From: Lama glama
Lineage: Eukaryota
DNA: 64,000 bases
Assembly: GCA_028534125.1 (NCBI GenBank)
Contig: CM052816.1
Coordinates: 18,044,001-18,108,000 of the forward strand
Direction: 5' to 3'
Below the pieces are notes generated by a model. That model was not told the origin of the DNA, ran no database searches, and saw only the letters and a list, made by a program, of their open reading frames with translations. The position numbers and the translations under genes are program-made. Positions within the stretch are counted from its first letter, which is position 1. Every line of letters begins with the position of its first letter. Shown in pieces: positions 62,432-64,000 of the stretch.

Positions 62432-63427
62432 CTCATAAAACCACCACTATAGTCACGATACAGAACAATTTCACCCCAACCCCCAATTTTTTATTCTTTT
62501 TACAAAAGACTGAAAAACTTAAAACTTGAGACTAGGAAAAGATGTCTGCTGTAGGGAAAAAAAACAAAACAAAAACACACAATCCTTTCCAAAATGCCCC
62601 TTGAATTATTTTGTTGCCTGTAATGTCATAATGCCAAATTTTAATGATGAAAAAAGCCTTTATGCAATTAAGGTGGAGAATTGACAATAATTCAGCCCTG
62701 AGTATCCAATTATGCTGGGCACAGTCCCCAGCTCTGAACTGGTTCTGGTAACCCACGTATTTTCCAGCTAAGGCGTGATAGCTGTTTATCAAAAGCAGCA
62801 AGTTATCTGAATATAGAAAATTCCAGAATGTTGAAAAGAAATCCTTTGATGCTTTCTGGTCTCTTCCTTCCCTAACTTCTCAGGAGTCAAATTCCCTTCT
62901 CCTCTGGAAACACCTTCTCAATCCTTGACACTCCTCCCTCAGTCCTTCCCGGGCAGTGTCAGCACAGCTTCCCCAAGGGGAAGGGCCTCCTGTGGTTCCC
63001 TACTGTGTCCCGGCCAGACGGTGTCCAGCAAGAGGTGCCGCAGAGGAAATGTTTGTGGAACGCATCCCAGATTAAATTAAGTGAAAAGGAGGTGACCAAA
63101 GGAATGGCAGCCATGTGAGGCTGTAAATCTTGATGTTTAATGCATATTAAGACAGCCTAGAATGTCATCTAGTAAATTGTCTTTTGATTTTTATGAGATC
63201 TCTGGGCAAGCAGGGCTGGCAGAGAAGAGAAATTATTCTAACCGCCTAGAGGAAATGGCCTGACTGCTGCATCACAGAATCAAAGGCCCCTCTCTAGTAG
63301 AATCCACACTTACAGCTCCAGCTCCCATCTGCCCTGTATGTACTTGATGGTCCAGATACTATGACTGAGTATTAGAATTTAAATCTATGTGTGTTTTGTC
63401 TCTACTTTTCCCTATGTTGTTGCCCTT

Positions 63428-63790
63428 TGTAGAGTCAAACTAAAACGGAGTCACTTATGTCAGGAATAAAATGCAGTTGGCCAACGCAAGCACATTAAAG
63501 AAAATTAAACTTAACCTTACCTAATGTAAGTTGTAGGAATTTACAGCTCTCCTCAGAGATCAGTAGAGGACGCCAGCCAATTCACAAGCGCCAACTCTGT
63601 TCACACCACGTCGGGACTTCCCTGCTCCCCGACTCAGCTACTGATCCAAATAAGACCACCAGGCAACCAATCTGCTGAAAAAGCAAAAACTGGCATTTAC
63701 CCATGAAAATCCCTTACTCTGTGAGCAACTCAGAACTCACTGCCCCCACAGCCCTGAGCTTCCTAGCTTGTGGGTCGAAACCCTCGCAAA
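63428..63790 (+). mobile_element. ERV1-type LTR fragment
   Basis: Starts TGT; aaaacggagtcacttatgtca, agccaat, ccaaataag...caaccaatc resemble MER4-group LTRs; family not resolved. Confidence 0.45.
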
Positions 63791-64000
63791 ACAAACACAC
63801 ACACACCTCACCTTTCTGCCTTGTTTCACTCGGAGTTTGGTTTTTAATACTTTTCACATATGCGCTTCCCACTTTGCATGTGGTGGCCTCCGACTAAAGT
63901 CTTCAAATCCAAGCTCAAAGCCTCCTTTCCTTGAGAGCCTCCCTCCTCGGCGTCCCGCTCTCGCAGCGCGTTGCTGCGTGTCCGCCATGGTCTCTCCCGC

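Noticed and set aside
63981..64000. Perfect Kozak GCCATGG at 63984-63990
   Set aside because: Only four codons are visible before the window edge and the context looks like a CpG-retaining repeat remnant; a CDS cannot be supported.
1..64000. CRISPR arrays, operons, rRNA, snoRNA or miRNA genes
   Set aside because: Mammalian repeat-rich DNA with no repeat-spacer array and no RNA gene I can recognise; small structured RNAs cannot be excluded without an Rfam/Infernal search.

Overview
Mammalian nuclear DNA, most likely a camelid (alpaca/llama/camel), inferred from tRNA-derived SINEs resembling camelid Vic-1 and from young L1 3' UTRs. The window is repeat-rich (L1, L2, MIR, MLT1/MLT2, MER21/ERVL, a MER4-group ERV1 internal segment, MER2, MER33, MER5, MARNA) with a 500-N scaffold gap. 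I find no intact protein-coding gene, RNA gene or CRISPR array; most of the ORF track is L1 debris or chance ORFs. The main non-repeat signal is a decayed, intron-containing RhoGAP-domain gene fossil on the + strand (exon remnants ~29889-30123, 31454-~31747, ~36640-36752), which the ORF track misses. Other notable structure: a 339-bp inverted copy of local DNA inside an L1 5' UTR with junction microhomologies, a ~920-bp inversion inside an ancient L1, a TSD-flanked young L1 spanning the gap, a multi-level TE nest, and a perfect ERE near a promoter-like element. Repeat family names are recalled by eye rather than from a database search, and boundaries of old repeats are approximate.
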